A DNA stretch of 64,000 nt from an uncultured Pelagibacteraceae bacterium (GCA_902529715.1 CABZXL010000001.1:1162-65161), one strand, 5' to 3'; positions 50,613-63,253 are shown, counted from the stretch's first letter. Numbers and translations: made by a program. Notes: generated by a model from the sequence alone, not told the origin.

Positions 50613-51819
50613 AAAGATTAATTCTTGTGAAATTTGTAAAAATAAAAAACTACAATTAATTTTAAATTTAGGTAACCAACCACTTTGTGATGATTTAAAA
50701 AAAATAGGTAGTAAAACAAAAAATAAACTTTACCCTATAAAAATTTTTTATTGTAATAAATGCATTACTGCGTATCAAAAACTATCAATAAATAAAAAAG
50801 AACTATTTCCAAAAAATTACCATTATCGGGCAAAAAATACAAAAGATGTTTTGGATGGAATGAAAGAATTGGTTTCTAGTTGTAAAAAAATTACTAAAAA
50901 TTTAAAAAATAAAAAAGTTCTGGATATCGGTTGTAATGATGGGAGCTTATTAAATTTTTTTAAAAAAGAAAAATGTATTACATATGGAATTGAACCTACT
51001 GACGCATATAAAGATGCAAAAAAACTTGGACACATAGTGCTAAATAATTGGTTCAATACGCAAACAGCAAAAAAATTTAAAAAAGTAAATGGTTCACCTG
51101 ATATAATAACCTTTACAAATGTTTTTGCTCATATTGAAAATTTAAAAGAATTAATAAATGCTGTAAAAATATTAATGAGCTCTAAAACTATTATAATAAT
51201 TGAAAATCATTACTTAGGAGAGGTTATAAAAAAAAAACAATTTGATACTTTTTATCATGAACATCCAAGAACTTATAGTTTAACATCATTTTTAAAAATT
51301 GCTAAAAAGCTTAATGCAAATTTAATAAAAGTTCAGTTTATCAAGAGGTATAATGGAAATATTAGAGTTTTCATAAAAAAGGGTAGAAACAAAAAAAATA
51401 AAATTCTAGTGAAAGAAAATTTTATTAAAAAAGATATTCATAAATTTCAAGCTTTTGTTGATAGATGGCGGACTAATAAAATAAAAATATTTAAAAATTT
51501 AAAAGAAAGATATGGCTCTCTTCCTGCAAAATCATTTCCGGGAAGAGCTTCTATACCAATTAAAATTTTAAATTTAGATAAAACATTTATATCCAAAGTG
51601 TATGAAAAATCTAATTCTCTTAAAATAGGTAAATATGTTCCAGGAACGAACATTCCAATCGTATCAGATAACAAGTTTAAAAAAAATAAAGAGAGAAAAA
51701 ATAAAATTATAATAAATTTAGCTTGGCATATTTCTAGAGAAATAAGAAATTATATAAGAACATATCTAAAATTTAATGGAAAAATTATTGATATAATATC
51801 AACAAAAGATTTTAAGTAA
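50602..51819 (+). CDS. NDP-sugar C-methyltransferase (Zn-binding)
   Basis: CEIC, LGNQPL, LDIGCNDG, NVFAHI, FDTFYHEH, YVPGTNIPI. Confidence 0.88.
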   Translation: MRNKKINSCEICKNKKLQLILNLGNQPLCDDLKKIGSKTKNKLYPIKIFYCNKCITAYQKLSINKKELFPKNYHYRAKNTKDVLDGMKELVSSCKKITKNLKNKKVLDIGCNDGSLLNFFKKEKCITYGIEPTDAYKDAKKLGHIVLNNWFNTQTAKKFKKVNGSPDIITFTNVFAHIENLKELINAVKILMSSKTIIIIENHYLGEVIKKKQFDTFYHEHPRTYSLTSFLKIAKKLNANLIKVQFIKRYNGNIRVFIKKGRNKKNKILVKENFIKKDIHKFQAFVDRWRTNKIKIFKNLKERYGSLPAKSFPGRASIPIKILNLDKTFISKVYEKSNSLKIGKYVPGTNIPIVSDNKFKKNKERKNKIIINLAWHISREIRNYIRTYLKFNGKIIDIISTKDFK

Positions 51820-52712
51820 TGAAATATTTAATTTTAGGTTCTGGTTTTGGTTTATATGGATATTTGCCTGCAGTGCTTTCAAAAAAAAACAATACTGTAT
51901 ATTTAGAAAAAAAGTACAAAAAAATAATTAATTCAAGAAAAGAGTTAACTATATATAAAAATAAAATAATTTGGATTCAAAATTACTTAAGCAATTTGGA
52001 AATAATCGATTATTTAATTATTGCCAAGAGACCTTCGGATCAAGTTAAAATAATTAAAAAAATTATTAACAAAAAAAATATATTAAAAAAGATTTTTTTA
52101 GAAAAACCAATTGCTAAGAATCCTTTGGCAGCAAAAAACTTACTAAATATTTTAAAAAAGAAAAAAATTAATGTTTCTTTTGGATTTATATTCCAATACA
52201 CGAATTGGTACAAAAAAATTAAAAATTTTATAAAAGAAAATAAAAAAAAAAATGAAATTGAAATAACTTGGAATTTCAATGCTTTTTTTTTAAAAAAAAA
52301 AGTAAAATCTTGGAAAAATGATATTTCTCAAGGAGGAGGTATCGTTAATTTTTATGGAATACATTTTATTAAATTAATTAATGAGCTTGGATTTAATAAA
52401 ATTATTAATTCTACTCAAATAAAAAAAAATTATTGGTTTTCTTCATACAAAAAAAATAAGCAAATTTTCAAATTAAAAATAAATATTTCTGCAAAAAAAA
52501 ATTTATTCAGAATTAAGTTAAAAAGTTATTCAAAAAATACTTCAATTAATTTGCCAAATCCATTTGGTAAAAATAATAATTTTACTAAAAAAGATAATAG
52601 AGTTGTTTTTTTAATTAAATATCTTGAATACGAGATACATAAAAAAACAAATTATAATGAATTATTCATATTTACTAATTTTTGGGAAAAAATAATTAAA
52701 TATAACAGTTAG
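51819..52712 (+). CDS. Gfo/Idh/MocA-family oxidoreductase
   Basis: ILGSGFG, FLEKPIA, GGGIVNFYGIHF. Confidence 0.8.
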   Translation: MKYLILGSGFGLYGYLPAVLSKKNNTVYLEKKYKKIINSRKELTIYKNKIIWIQNYLSNLEIIDYLIIAKRPSDQVKIIKKIINKKNILKKIFLEKPIAKNPLAAKNLLNILKKKKINVSFGFIFQYTNWYKKIKNFIKENKKKNEIEITWNFNAFFLKKKVKSWKNDISQGGGIVNFYGIHFIKLINELGFNKIINSTQIKKNYWFSSYKKNKQIFKLKINISAKKNLFRIKLKSYSKNTSINLPNPFGKNNNFTKKDNRVVFLIKYLEYEIHKKTNYNELFIFTNFWEKIIKYNS

Positions 52713-52802
52713 TGGCGGAGAGAGTGGGATTCGAACCCACGGTACCTGTGAGGGTACACACACTTTCCAAGCGTGCGCCTTAAACCACTCGGCCACCTCT
52801 CC
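52713..52802 (-). tRNA. tRNA-Ser(GGA)
   Basis: GGAGAGG...CACGC TTGGAAA GTGTG, long variable arm, GGTTCGAATCC, CTCTCCGCCA. Confidence 0.96.
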
Positions 52803-52814
52803 TTATACATATTA

Positions 52815-53621
52815 TTAATAAATTAAATCTTTTAATTTTTCTTTATTTAAATAAATAAATTCTGGGTAAGTTTTATCTATAGGAACTGTAATTATTTTCT
52901 TCTTTCTATCATATGGATCTAATGCATTTTTAATTCTATTATTTATTTCTTCAATTTTAGTATATTTTTCTTGATCATATTCACTATGAACATATGATTT
53001 TATTTTAGAAGATATAAATTCAGCATTTCCTAAAAAAGAAAAATGCCATCCTCCATTTTCTATTTTGTAAATTTTTTTAAATTTATCAAATCTCCAAAAA
53101 CTATATTTTAGATTTTTCAATCTAACTTTATCTCTTAGCCAGCTAAAAGATTTTAAAAATCTTTTATTACATATCCTTGTGCCTTCCCATTGTTCATAAT
53201 CTGTAACTCTTAAATTTAGTTTATAATAAAAGACTTTTTGATCAAATATACCTATATTATCTTTTAATTTATTTTTAAAATAGTCTAAATTTTTTAAATT
53301 AGGAATTTCATCTACATCTGAAAATAAAATTAAATCATCATTATTTGCTTTTGAAATACCATTAATAAGATAATTTCTTTGATAATTTTGTCTATCCCAA
53401 GTTCTTTTGCAATTCTCAAATTTTTCAACTACTAAATAAATAATTTTTTCTTTAAATCTGCTAAATTTTTCATAACTAAAATTTAACTTTTTCTCTCTTC
53501 CTCTGTGATCTTCTTTAGCTTCACATACTACAAAATAGTCAACGTATTCATTTAAAATATTAAATCTCAAATTAAGTAAATGGTCTTCATTTAAATATGT
53601 AATACAATCAAATATTTTCAT
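52815..53621 (-). CDS. Glycosyltransferase family 17-like (beta-1,4-GlcNAc transferase)
   Basis: IFDC..LNE..LL.LRF..L..YVDYFV, QRNYL, SDVDEIP, GGWHFSF. Confidence 0.85.
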   Translation of the reverse strand: MKIFDCITYLNEDHLLNLRFNILNEYVDYFVVCEAKEDHRGREKKLNFSYEKFSRFKEKIIYLVVEKFENCKRTWDRQNYQRNYLINGISKANNDDLILFSDVDEIPNLKNLDYFKNKLKDNIGIFDQKVFYYKLNLRVTDYEQWEGTRICNKRFLKSFSWLRDKVRLKNLKYSFWRFDKFKKIYKIENGGWHFSFLGNAEFISSKIKSYVHSEYDQEKYTKIEEINNRIKNALDPYDRKKKIITVPIDKTYPEFIYLNKEKLKDLIY

Positions 53622-53633
53622 GATACTTTAGAT

Positions 53634-55442
53634 TTACTTTTCTTTATTAATTTTTAAAACTCCTATAAAAGCTTCTTGCGGAATTTCAACTTTTCCAAAT
53701 TGTTTAGCTCTAGATTTACCTTTTTTTTGTTTTTCTAAAAGCTTTCTTTTTCTATCTCGGGCTCCCCCTCCATGAATTTTTGTTAAAACATCTTTTTTAA
53801 ATCCTTTTATTGTTTCTCTGGCTATTATTTTTCCACCGAGTGCAGCCTGTATAGGAATCATAAAATTATGTCTTGGAATTAAATCTTTAAGTTTTTCGCA
53901 CACTTCTCTACCAATAGATTGGGCAAAGTCTTTATGTACCATCATTGCTAAAGCATCAACAGACTCGCCGTTTACTAAAATACCTAATTTAGTAAGTTCT
54001 CCTTCTTTATGACCAATTATTTCATAATCAAAACTAGCATAACCACTTGTCATTGATTTTAATCTGTCGTTAAAATCGAAGACAACTTCATTTAGTGGTA
54101 ATTCATAATTAATTACAGCTCTATTTCCTGAATAGCTAAGATTAGTTTGTATTCCTCTTTTATTCTGGCACATTTTTATTATTGAGCCCAAATATTTATC
54201 GGGTGAAATTACTGTAGCTTTAATCCATGGCTCTTCAATAAGTTTGATTGATGTAGGTTCTGGTAAACTAGAAGGATTCTGTAAATCTTTTATTTCACCA
54301 TTGTTCATATGAATTTTATAGACAACTCCTGGTGTTGTAGTTAATAGATTTATATCAAATTCTCTTTCAAGTCTTTCTGTTACAATTTCAAGATGTAATA
54401 ATCCTAGAAAACCACATCTAAAACCCAGGCCTAGTGCTGAAGATGACTCGGGTTCAAAAGAAAAACTTGAATCATTTAGTTGTAATTTTGCTAAGCCATC
54501 TTTGAGTTTTTGATATTCAGAACTATCCACTGGAAACAATCCACAAAATACTACTGGCTTGCTAGGTTTGAATCCTGGTAATGCTTCATTTAATTGATTA
54601 TTAGCATCACAAATAGTATCTCCTACCTTGGTTTCTGATAAAGCTTTTATTCCAGTTGTAATAAATCCAATTTCACCTGCACTAAGTTCATTTATATCTT
54701 TTGGCTTTGGAGTAAAAACACCTACTTTTTCAACAAAATACTCTTGATTTGTAGACATCATTTTAATTTTCATACTTTTAGAAATTTTACCATCAATAAC
54801 TCTAACTAATATTACAACACCAAGATAAGTGTCATACCAGCTATCAACCAATAAACATTTTAATTTATTATTTTTTTCGCCTTTTGGTCCTGGCAGAATT
54901 TGGATTATTTGTTCTAAAATTTGATCAATACCCTCACCTGTCTTTCCTGAGCAAGGAACTGCATTGGAAGTATCTATGCCAATTACATCTTCAATTTGTT
55001 TATTGGTTTTGTCTAAATCAGATGCTGGTAAATCAATTTTATTTAATATTGGTACTATTTCATGATTTATATCTAGTGCTTGATATACATTGGCTAATGT
55101 TTGGGCTTCTACTCCTTGGGTACTGTCAACAATTAATATTGAACCTTCACAGGCATAAAGTGATCTACTAACTTCATAGCTAAAATCTACATGACCAGGT
55201 GTATCTATTATATTTAATATATATTTTTTTCCATTATTTGCTTTGTAATTTAATTTTACAGTTTGAGCTTTAATAGTAATTCCTCTTTCTCTTTCAATGT
55301 CCATTGAATCAAGAACTTGATCTTTCATTTCTCTTTCTGTTAGCCCACCACATTTATGAATAATTCTATCGGCAATAGTAGATTTGCCGTGATCTATATG
55401 AGCAATAATTGCGAAATTTCTGATATTATCAATTGTAGACAT
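53634..55442 (-). CDS. lepA: Elongation factor 4
   Basis: [37 protein letters not shown]. Confidence 0.98.
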   Translation of the reverse strand: MSTIDNIRNFAIIAHIDHGKSTIADRIIHKCGGLTEREMKDQVLDSMDIERERGITIKAQTVKLNYKANNGKKYILNIIDTPGHVDFSYEVSRSLYACEGSILIVDSTQGVEAQTLANVYQALDINHEIVPILNKIDLPASDLDKTNKQIEDVIGIDTSNAVPCSGKTGEGIDQILEQIIQILPGPKGEKNNKLKCLLVDSWYDTYLGVVILVRVIDGKISKSMKIKMMSTNQEYFVEKVGVFTPKPKDINELSAGEIGFITTGIKALSETKVGDTICDANNQLNEALPGFKPSKPVVFCGLFPVDSSEYQKLKDGLAKLQLNDSSFSFEPESSSALGLGFRCGFLGLLHLEIVTERLEREFDINLLTTTPGVVYKIHMNNGEIKDLQNPSSLPEPTSIKLIEEPWIKATVISPDKYLGSIIKMCQNKRGIQTNLSYSGNRAVINYELPLNEVVFDFNDRLKSMTSGYASFDYEIIGHKEGELTKLGILVNGESVDALAMMVHKDFAQSIGREVCEKLKDLIPRHNFMIPIQAALGGKIIARETIKGFKKDVLTKIHGGGARDRKRKLLEKQKKGKSRAKQFGKVEIPQEAFIGVLKINKEK

Positions 55443-55444
55443 TA

Positions 55445-57853
55445 TTACGATCTTATTTTCGCACCAGATTTTGACTCTACAGTTGAAATTATAAGTTGAT
55501 TGACTTTTTCTAAATCATCATCATTTAAAGTCTTTTCTGAAGACTGGATCGTAACATTCAAAGCAATAGATTTTTTATTATCTGGAATATTTTTTCCTTC
55601 ATAAACATCAAAAACTTTCACTGATCTAATTAGATTTGTATTTACTTCAGAAATTATTTTAACTAATTCTTGAACCTTAAAATTTTTATCAATTACAAAA
55701 GCAAAATCTCTTTCTGATTTTTGATAATCTGAATATTTATATTTAGTTTTTTGATCTTTTAATTTTTTACTTGTTTCTTTTATATTGTCTAAATATATTT
55801 CAATAAATATTAATGATTCAGTTTTGATATCAATTTTCTTTAAAATGTTTGGATGTGCTTCGCCAAAATTAGCAACTGGATTATTCTCACCAATATTTAA
55901 ATAAATACTTCCTGATTTGCCTGGATGGTAATAACTGGGCGCCTTATCATCTATATAAAGTTTATTTTGATTGAAGCCAATCTCGTTCAAACTTTGAATT
56001 ACGTCTCTCTTTGCATCAAAAACATCAACTAATCTCTCATTTTCTATCCAATTATGTCTTGATACTTTCCCAGATCTCAAACCTGCTAGAACTGTTTTTT
56101 GTTGGCCTGGTTTATTTCCATTGAATATTGGTCCAATTTCAAAAAGTGAAATATCTTTGAAACCTCTATCTAAATTCTTTTTTAAATAAATTATCAAATT
56201 AGAAAAAATTGAACTTCTTAAAACATTTAAATCTGAACTAATTGGATTTACAATGTCTATTTCATTCTTATCTTCTTTAAATAATTGGTTAATTTTTGAG
56301 TCTGTAAAAGACCAAGTTATAGCTTCATAATAGCCTTTTGATGCAGCAGAACGTTGTAAAAAATGAAATAACTTTTGTTTTTTATTAAGTGTTGGTTTGT
56401 CTCTAACTTTCTCTGGTAGTTCAGTCTTGATTTGATCATAACCTTTAATTCTTACTATCTCCTCTACGATATCAATTGGCTGCAAAATATCGGGTCTCCA
56501 AGAAGGAACTGATATATTTAAATCCTTATTCTTTTTTTTAATTATAAATCCTAAATCAATTAAGATTTTTATTATTTCTTTCTCAGCGACTTTAAAGCCG
56601 GTAATGTTTTGAAATAAATCTATAGGAAATCTTATTTGAATTTTCTTAAAAGTTTCACTTTTTTGAATATCTAGTTTGCTTATTTCTCCACCACATATGT
56701 TTTGGATTAATGTAGCTGCTTTAACCAATCCCTCTTTAATAGACTCTGGATCAATTCCTCTCTCAAATCTATATTTTGCATCAGTATCTAAATTTAATAA
56801 TTTAGAAGTTTTTCTTATAGACTTTGGATTAAAATAAGCTGACTCTAATAAAATATTTTTTGTGTCTAGCTCAGTTCCAGATCTAATTCCTCCTATAATT
56901 CCTCCAAGACCTAAAACACCAGATTTATCTGATATAACACACATATTATCTTGCAGTGTATACTTCTTGTTATCTAAAGCTTCAAAGGTTTCACCTTTTT
57001 TAGAATTTCTAACAATAATACCTTCATTAATTTTATCTGCATCATAGGCATGCAGTGGCCTATTCAAATCAAACATTACATAATTTGTTATATCTACTAT
57101 TGCTGAGATTGGTTTTTGACCTAATGATAATATCCTATCTTTTAACCATTTTGGGCTTTCAGTATTTTTAATGCCTTTAATTAAACAACTCCCAAACGCA
57201 GAACACCCGTGATTTTTTTCTTTAGTAATTTTTACATTAATTTTTTGAGGTCCTTTAAATTTTATTTTATTCTCATTAAATTTTTTTAGTTTTCCGGCGC
57301 GTGCTGCTGCTAGATCTCTAGCAACCCCTCTTACTCCAAGGCAATCTGCTCTATTTGGAGTAATTGAAAGATCAATTACTTTTGGACTATTGCTTTTAAA
57401 ATATTTTTCACCAATTTGATTTTTATATTTTTTTGTGGGTAGCTCAGTTATTCCTTCACTTTCATTTGATAATTTTAATTCTGATTCTGAACAAAGCATT
57501 CCATAGGAAGTTACTCCTCTAATTTTACTTACAGATAATTTCATCTGATTTTTTGGTATTACTGCGCCTGGCGGTGCATATACAGTTATTAAATCTTTTT
57601 TTGCATTTGGAGCTCCACAAACTACTTTTACGGTTTCTTCTTTTCCTATATCAACATCACATACTCTTAATCTATCGGCATTCGGATGTTGCTCTGCATT
57701 TAAAATTTTTGCAATAACAAATTCACTATTTGCAGTTGATTGACTTTCAAAGCTTTCTACCTCAAGACCAATATTAATTAATTTATCAATTATTTTTTTG
57801 TCATTATATTTTGTATCTAAATGTTGTTTTAACCAATCAATAGTAAATTTCAT
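55445..57853 (-). CDS. pheT: Phenylalanine-tRNA ligase beta subunit
   Basis: [34 protein letters not shown]. Confidence 0.97.
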   Translation of the reverse strand: MKFTIDWLKQHLDTKYNDKKIIDKLINIGLEVESFESQSTANSEFVIAKILNAEQHPNADRLRVCDVDIGKEETVKVVCGAPNAKKDLITVYAPPGAVIPKNQMKLSVSKIRGVTSYGMLCSESELKLSNESEGITELPTKKYKNQIGEKYFKSNSPKVIDLSITPNRADCLGVRGVARDLAAARAGKLKKFNENKIKFKGPQKINVKITKEKNHGCSAFGSCLIKGIKNTESPKWLKDRILSLGQKPISAIVDITNYVMFDLNRPLHAYDADKINEGIIVRNSKKGETFEALDNKKYTLQDNMCVISDKSGVLGLGGIIGGIRSGTELDTKNILLESAYFNPKSIRKTSKLLNLDTDAKYRFERGIDPESIKEGLVKAATLIQNICGGEISKLDIQKSETFKKIQIRFPIDLFQNITGFKVAEKEIIKILIDLGFIIKKKNKDLNISVPSWRPDILQPIDIVEEIVRIKGYDQIKTELPEKVRDKPTLNKKQKLFHFLQRSAASKGYYEAITWSFTDSKINQLFKEDKNEIDIVNPISSDLNVLRSSIFSNLIIYLKKNLDRGFKDISLFEIGPIFNGNKPGQQKTVLAGLRSGKVSRHNWIENERLVDVFDAKRDVIQSLNEIGFNQNKLYIDDKAPSYYHPGKSGSIYLNIGENNPVANFGEAHPNILKKIDIKTESLIFIEIYLDNIKETSKKLKDQKTKYKYSDYQKSERDFAFVIDKNFKVQELVKIISEVNTNLIRSVKVFDVYEGKNIPDNKKSIALNVTIQSSEKTLNDDDLEKVNQLIISTVESKSGAKIRS

Positions 57854-58917
57854 CTGCTCAGCCCTCTATAGCTTGAAGGCACATCTAAAGGATCAAATCC
57901 AAAATGATTTAACCATCTATAATCTGTTTCAAAAAATGCTCTTAGATCATTAATACCATATTTGAGCATTGCCAATCTATCTATGCCTATACCAAAAGCG
58001 TATCCTTGAAATTTTGAAGGATCTACTTTTACATTTTTAAGTACATTTGGATGAACCATACCACATCCTAAAATTTCTAACCACTTGTCTCCTTCTCCTA
58101 TAATTATTTTATCATCCTTAAGCTCATAACCAATATCAACTTCAGCAGATGGTTCAGTAAAAGGAAAATGGCTTGGCCTAAATCTCATTTTAATTTTATT
58201 AACCTCAAAAAATTCTTTTATAAAATAATTTAGGCATCCTTTTAAGTGGCCCATATTTATATTTTTATCAATATGAAGACCTTCTACTTGATGAAACATT
58301 GGTGCATGAGTTTGATCACTATCAGATCTATAAGTTCTTCCTGGAGCAATAATTTTAAATGGAGGCTTACCGCTTAACATTGTTCTAACTTGAACGGGAG
58401 ATGTATGAGTTCTAAGTAAAAATTCTTTTTTATTATCTAAATAAAATGTATCGTGCATATCTCTTGCAGGATGATTGTCTGGTGTATTTAAAGCAGTAAA
58501 ATTATTATATTCATTCTCAACATCGGGGCCTTCTTGAACGCCAAAACCAATTTCAGAAAATATTGATGATATTTCATCTATGACTTGAGATACCGGATGT
58601 ATTTTACCTTGATTAAAACTTCTTTCTGGCAAAGTAACATCCACTTGTTCGTTTTGAAGCTTTAAATTTATATCATTTATTTCAATATCCTGAATTTTTT
58701 TTTCAATTGAGCTTTGTAATTCATCTTTTACTGAATTTAAATCTGAAGCAAATTTTTTTCTATCTTCCACAGGAATGGAACCCATCTTTTTAAATTCATT
58801 TGAAATTTTTCCATTCTTCCCAAATAATTCAGATTTTAATTGGTTAACAGTATTGAGATCTGAATTATCTTTAAGCTTACTTAAATATTCTTCTTTAATT
58901 TTTATAATATCTGACAT
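57850..58917 (-). CDS. pheS: Phenylalanine-tRNA ligase alpha subunit
   Basis: [36 protein letters not shown]. Confidence 0.98.
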   Translation of the reverse strand: MSDIIKIKEEYLSKLKDNSDLNTVNQLKSELFGKNGKISNEFKKMGSIPVEDRKKFASDLNSVKDELQSSIEKKIQDIEINDINLKLQNEQVDVTLPERSFNQGKIHPVSQVIDEISSIFSEIGFGVQEGPDVENEYNNFTALNTPDNHPARDMHDTFYLDNKKEFLLRTHTSPVQVRTMLSGKPPFKIIAPGRTYRSDSDQTHAPMFHQVEGLHIDKNINMGHLKGCLNYFIKEFFEVNKIKMRFRPSHFPFTEPSAEVDIGYELKDDKIIIGEGDKWLEILGCGMVHPNVLKNVKVDPSKFQGYAFGIGIDRLAMLKYGINDLRAFFETDYRWLNHFGFDPLDVPSSYRGLSR

Positions 58918-58960
58918 TTTACTAGATTATTTCTAAAGTTCAGAAAAACAATAGAGAAGA

Positions 58961-59317
58961 TTAGTTTAAAGCAGATTGAGCTTTTTTAACGATAGTTTTG
59001 AATGCTTCTGGATTGTCATATGCTATTTCTGCTAGAATTTTTCTATCCAGTTTTATTCCAGATTTACTTAGTCCATTAATGAATTTTGAGTAAGTAAGAC
59101 CTTCTGCTCTTACTCCAGCATTAATTCTTTGTATCCATAATGATTTAAAATCTCTTTTTTTATTTCTTCTATCTCTATAAGCATATTGCATAGCCTTTTC
59201 CATTGCTTGTCTTGCAACTCTTATAGTATTTTTTCTTCTTCCCCACTGACCTTTAACAGCTTTTAAAACCTTTTTATGCTTAGCATGACTTGTTACACCT
59301 CTTTTAACTCTTGCCAT
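58961..59317 (-). CDS. rplT: 50S ribosomal protein L20
   Basis: [22 protein letters not shown]. Confidence 0.98.
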   Translation of the reverse strand: MARVKRGVTSHAKHKKVLKAVKGQWGRRKNTIRVARQAMEKAMQYAYRDRRNKKRDFKSLWIQRINAGVRAEGLTYSKFINGLSKSGIKLDRKILAEIAYDNPEAFKTIVKKAQSALN

Positions 59318-59318
59318 T

Positions 59319-59525
59319 TTATCCTCTTAGACTGTAAGGCATATATGATTTAACAATTTTTCCATCTTGCTTTGACATAATTGTTGTGCCTCTTTGTTTT
59401 CTTATTTGTGAATTTGATCTCTTTATCATGCCATGTCTTTTACCAGCCTGAGGCATTACAACTTTTCCTCTGGCTGTTATTTTAAATCTTTTTTTTGCTG
59501 AGCTTTTAGTTTTAAGTTTTGGCAT
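59319..59525 (-). CDS. rpmI: 50S ribosomal protein L35
   Basis: [17 protein letters not shown]. Confidence 0.97.
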   Translation of the reverse strand: MPKLKTKSSAKKRFKITARGKVVMPQAGKRHGMIKRSNSQIRKQRGTTIMSKQDGKIVKSYMPYSLRG

Positions 59526-59578
59526 AATTGTGAGGGTTTATACAAATAATAATATTATTTTACAACCTCAATTATTGC

Positions 59579-60124
59579 TTATAAAGGCTGAATAACCATA
59601 ATCATTTGTTTACCATCAAACTTTGGCTGAAGCTCAACTCTTCCAATTTCTTGCATATCTTGTTTAATTTTATCCATTAGTTCATTTCCAAGATGTGAGT
59701 GTTGCAATTCTCTTCCTTTAAATTTTATTGTAAACTTCACTTTATCTCCTTTTGACAAAAATTTTTGTGCGTTTTTTATCTTAAAAGTATAATCATGAAC
59801 TTCGGTTACTGGTCTAAGCTTAATTTCTTTTAGTTCAATTTTTTTTTGCTTTTTCTTTGCTTTGTTTGCTTTTTTTTGTGCATCATATTTATATTTACCC
59901 ATATCCATTATTTTACAAACTGGAGGTTTTACATTTGGAGAGATTTCAATTAAATCTAGTCCTTCATTTTTAGCTTTTCTAATAGCTTCACTTAAAGTTA
60001 AAACTCCTAGATTTTCTCCATTACTTGAAATTACTTGTACATCTGGAGACATAATTCTATTATTTGATCTTGGTCCCCTATCCTTTGTTCTTCTTTGAAA
60101 ATAATTTTGTTTGAAATCTGCCAC
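59579..60124 (-). CDS. infC: Translation initiation factor IF-3
   Basis: LDLIEISP..PPVCKIMD, KEIKLRP, FKGRE; GTG start. Confidence 0.97.
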   Translation of the reverse strand: MADFKQNYFQRRTKDRGPRSNNRIMSPDVQVISSNGENLGVLTLSEAIRKAKNEGLDLIEISPNVKPPVCKIMDMGKYKYDAQKKANKAKKKQKKIELKEIKLRPVTEVHDYTFKIKNAQKFLSKGDKVKFTIKFKGRELQHSHLGNELMDKIKQDMQEIGRVELQPKFDGKQMIMVIQPL

Positions 60125-62041
60125 TTAGTTCGAGGGTGCTTTGCTTAAATCAGAGAATTTTTTTAAGAATAAATTTAATTCCATATTTTCTTGTTTATTA
60201 GAATCCAATCTTCTAATAGTTACAGTATTGCTGTCAACTTCTTTTTTTCCACATATAAGTAAAATAGGTATTTTTGATAAAGAATGTTCTCTTATTTTAT
60301 AGTTTAAGTTATGATTTTTTAGGTCAACCTCTGAATTAATTCCTACTTTTTTTATTTTTTGATTAACTTCTTTTGCATAGTTATCAAAATCTTCGGACAC
60401 TGGAATTACCATAGTTTGAAGTGGTGATATCCAAAAAGGAAGTTTGCCAGAATAATTTTCTATTAATATACCTATAAATCTTTCTAATGATCCAAACAAA
60501 GCTCTATGTAGCATAACAGGTACTTTTTTGGATCCATCTTTATCAACAAATGATGCACCAAGCCTTTCGGGTAAATTTAAATCTACTTGAAGTGTTCCAC
60601 ATTGCCAGTCTCTTCCAATCGCATCCCTTAATACGAATTCTATTTTGGGTCCATAAAATGCACCTTCTCCTTTATTTGTACTATATTCAAGTTTAGAGGC
60701 TTTAATTGCTTCTAACAAAGCTTTTTCAGATTTATCCCAAACATTATCTTCCCCAACACGTACATCTGGTCTATCTGAATATTTTAAAATTACATTTTCA
60801 AAACCTAGATCTTTATAAATTTCTAAAATTAAATTAGTAACGTTTAAACATTCCTCAGTAATTTGATCTTCAGAGCAAAATATATGTGCATCATCTTGCG
60901 TAAATGCTCTTACTCTTAAAAGCCCGTGTAATGCCCCTGATGGCTCATATCTATGAACTTTTCCAAACTCTGACATTTTAAGTGGTAAATCTCTATAACT
61001 TTTTAGTCCTTGGTTAAAAACCTGAACACATCCCGGACAATTCATTGGTTTAATTGCAAATACTTTTTCATCAGGAGTTGTTGATGTATACATATTTGCT
61101 CCAAATTTTTCCCAATGTCCTGACTTTTCCCACAAGCTTCTATCTAAAATTTCTGGAGTATTAATTTCTTTATACCCTGCTTCATCTTGTTTTGCTCTCA
61201 TATAAGAAATTAATTTTTGAAATAAATTCCAACCTTTTTCGTGCCAAAAAACTGAGCCTGGGCTTTCTTCTCTAAAATGAAATAAATCCATTTCTTTTCC
61301 TAATTTTCTATGATCTCTTTTTTCTGCTTCTTCAATTCTATTCAAATATTCATCCAGATCTTTCTGTGTAGACCAGCTAGTCCCATAAATTCGTTGTAGC
61401 ATTTCATTATTTGAGTCTCCTCTCCAATAAGCACCAGATACTTTTGTAAGTTTAAAATATTTTCCAATTTTTCCAGTAGAGGTCAAATGAGGTCCTTTAC
61501 ATAGATCGTGCCATTTTCCATGGAAGTAAACGGAAACCTCTTCTTCTTTTGGGATATCTTTAATTATTTCAGCCTTATAAATTTCCCCTGCTTTTTTAAA
61601 GTGCTCTACAGCCTTGTCACGTTTCCATACTTCTCTATGAGTGGGCTCATCTCTCTCTACAATCTCTAGCATTTTTTTTTCTATTTTTCTTAAATCTTCT
61701 TCTGTAAATGGTTCTTTTCTTGCAAAGTCATAATAAAATCCATTTTCAATTACTGGTCCAATAGTAACTTGTGTTCCAGTAAAAAGTTCTTGCACAGCCA
61801 TTGCTAGTATATGTGCTGTATCATGTCTTATTGTTTCTAATCCTTCTTTATCTTTTGATGTATAAATTTTGACTGAACAATCTTTATCTATTTCACAATT
61901 TAAATCTTTTAAATTTCCATCTACACTTATTATTAAAGCTTGTTTAGAAAGTGATTTGCTAATTTTTTCAGCAACCTGCAAACCTGTTACTTTATCCTTA
62001 AAATTTAAACTTTTTCCGTCAGGTAGTTTTATATTAGGCAT
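60125..62041 (-). CDS. thrS: Threonine-tRNA ligase
   Basis: RHDTAH, DLCKGPH, RDHRKLG, KPMNCP, HRALFGSLERF. Confidence 0.98.
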   Translation of the reverse strand: MPNIKLPDGKSLNFKDKVTGLQVAEKISKSLSKQALIISVDGNLKDLNCEIDKDCSVKIYTSKDKEGLETIRHDTAHILAMAVQELFTGTQVTIGPVIENGFYYDFARKEPFTEEDLRKIEKKMLEIVERDEPTHREVWKRDKAVEHFKKAGEIYKAEIIKDIPKEEEVSVYFHGKWHDLCKGPHLTSTGKIGKYFKLTKVSGAYWRGDSNNEMLQRIYGTSWSTQKDLDEYLNRIEEAEKRDHRKLGKEMDLFHFREESPGSVFWHEKGWNLFQKLISYMRAKQDEAGYKEINTPEILDRSLWEKSGHWEKFGANMYTSTTPDEKVFAIKPMNCPGCVQVFNQGLKSYRDLPLKMSEFGKVHRYEPSGALHGLLRVRAFTQDDAHIFCSEDQITEECLNVTNLILEIYKDLGFENVILKYSDRPDVRVGEDNVWDKSEKALLEAIKASKLEYSTNKGEGAFYGPKIEFVLRDAIGRDWQCGTLQVDLNLPERLGASFVDKDGSKKVPVMLHRALFGSLERFIGILIENYSGKLPFWISPLQTMVIPVSEDFDNYAKEVNQKIKKVGINSEVDLKNHNLNYKIREHSLSKIPILLICGKKEVDSNTVTIRRLDSNKQENMELNLFLKKFSDLSKAPSN

Positions 62042-63211
62042 TTATGATATTAATTTTATATATTCTGAATAAGTAGAAAAACACATTTTTTCAACATTAA
62101 ATTTTTTAATTACATTTTTTCTACCCTCAATACCCATAGATTTCAACGTTGTTTCATCTAATTCAAATATATGAGCCAATTTATCACTTAATGCAATTGT
62201 ATCTCCGGCTTTGAATAAAAAACCAGTTTTGTTATCAATTATTGTTTCTTTTGATCCGCCAATATCACTTGCAATTATTATTTTTTCCATTGCTTGCGCC
62301 TCGACTGCAACTCTTCCAAAAGCTTCGGGTTCTATAGAACAATTTGTAACAATGTTTGAAATTTTATATGCCAAAGGCATTTGCTCACAATTATCAATGA
62401 ATAATACATCTTGAATTAGTCTATATTGTTCAACAAGCCTTTGAATTTTTTTTTTATATATTTTTCTTCCCTGGTCGCTTCCTAAAATAATTGCAAAAAA
62501 TAATTTTTCAGGATTTTTCTGCTTAAAAATATTTAAAGATTCAATAAACATTTCATGACCTTTCCAAGAAGTTAGTCTTCCTGGAAAAAGAATAATTTTT
62601 TTTTGATAGAAGCTTAAAGTCTTATCTATTTTCCATTCATTCATTAATTTTAATTCTGCTTCATTTTTTATTTTTGTTGAGTCGAAATATTCTAAGTTTA
62701 TTCCTCTAAATATAGTTAATAGTTTTTGATTCTTATTTAAATAATTAGAATAATTTTCATTAATATGAGAAAAAATAAAATTTGATCCCGCAATGATTAA
62801 ATCAGATTTTACCATAACTGAATTATAAAATTTCTTGATTGAACTATTAAAATTATAAGTTCCATGAAAAGTTGTAACAAACTTTCTTCTAGCAATCTTA
62901 GATGCAATTAAGCATGACCAAGCAGGTGCGCGACTTCTTGCATGAACAATATTTATTCCGCAAAAAAAAATAATTGCTGTTAAAATTATTGTATTTAAAA
63001 AAATAAGAATGGGGTTTTTACTCTGAACCGGCAATCTAATTAGTTTTACTTTTTTTTTATCTATATATTTTATTAAAGGACCACCGCTCGTAACTATATA
63101 TGATTTAGCTTTTCTTTCATGTAAATAATGAGCCAAATCATAACATCCAGTTTCAGCTCCCCCATAACCTAATTTTGGAATAACTTGTAAAACTTTTAAT
63201 TTAGAAGACAT
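62042..63211 (-). CDS. Glycosyltransferase family 4
   Basis: GGAE, HARSRAPAW, PGRLTSWKG, EAFGRVAVEAQA. Confidence 0.92.
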   Translation of the reverse strand: MSSKLKVLQVIPKLGYGGAETGCYDLAHYLHERKAKSYIVTSGGPLIKYIDKKKVKLIRLPVQSKNPILIFLNTIILTAIIFFCGINIVHARSRAPAWSCLIASKIARRKFVTTFHGTYNFNSSIKKFYNSVMVKSDLIIAGSNFIFSHINENYSNYLNKNQKLLTIFRGINLEYFDSTKIKNEAELKLMNEWKIDKTLSFYQKKIILFPGRLTSWKGHEMFIESLNIFKQKNPEKLFFAIILGSDQGRKIYKKKIQRLVEQYRLIQDVLFIDNCEQMPLAYKISNIVTNCSIEPEAFGRVAVEAQAMEKIIIASDIGGSKETIIDNKTGFLFKAGDTIALSDKLAHIFELDETTLKSMGIEGRKNVIKKFNVEKMCFSTYSEYIKLIS

Positions 63212-63253
63212 TTGATAGAATTATATATTAAGAATTTACCTAGATAAACTTTA

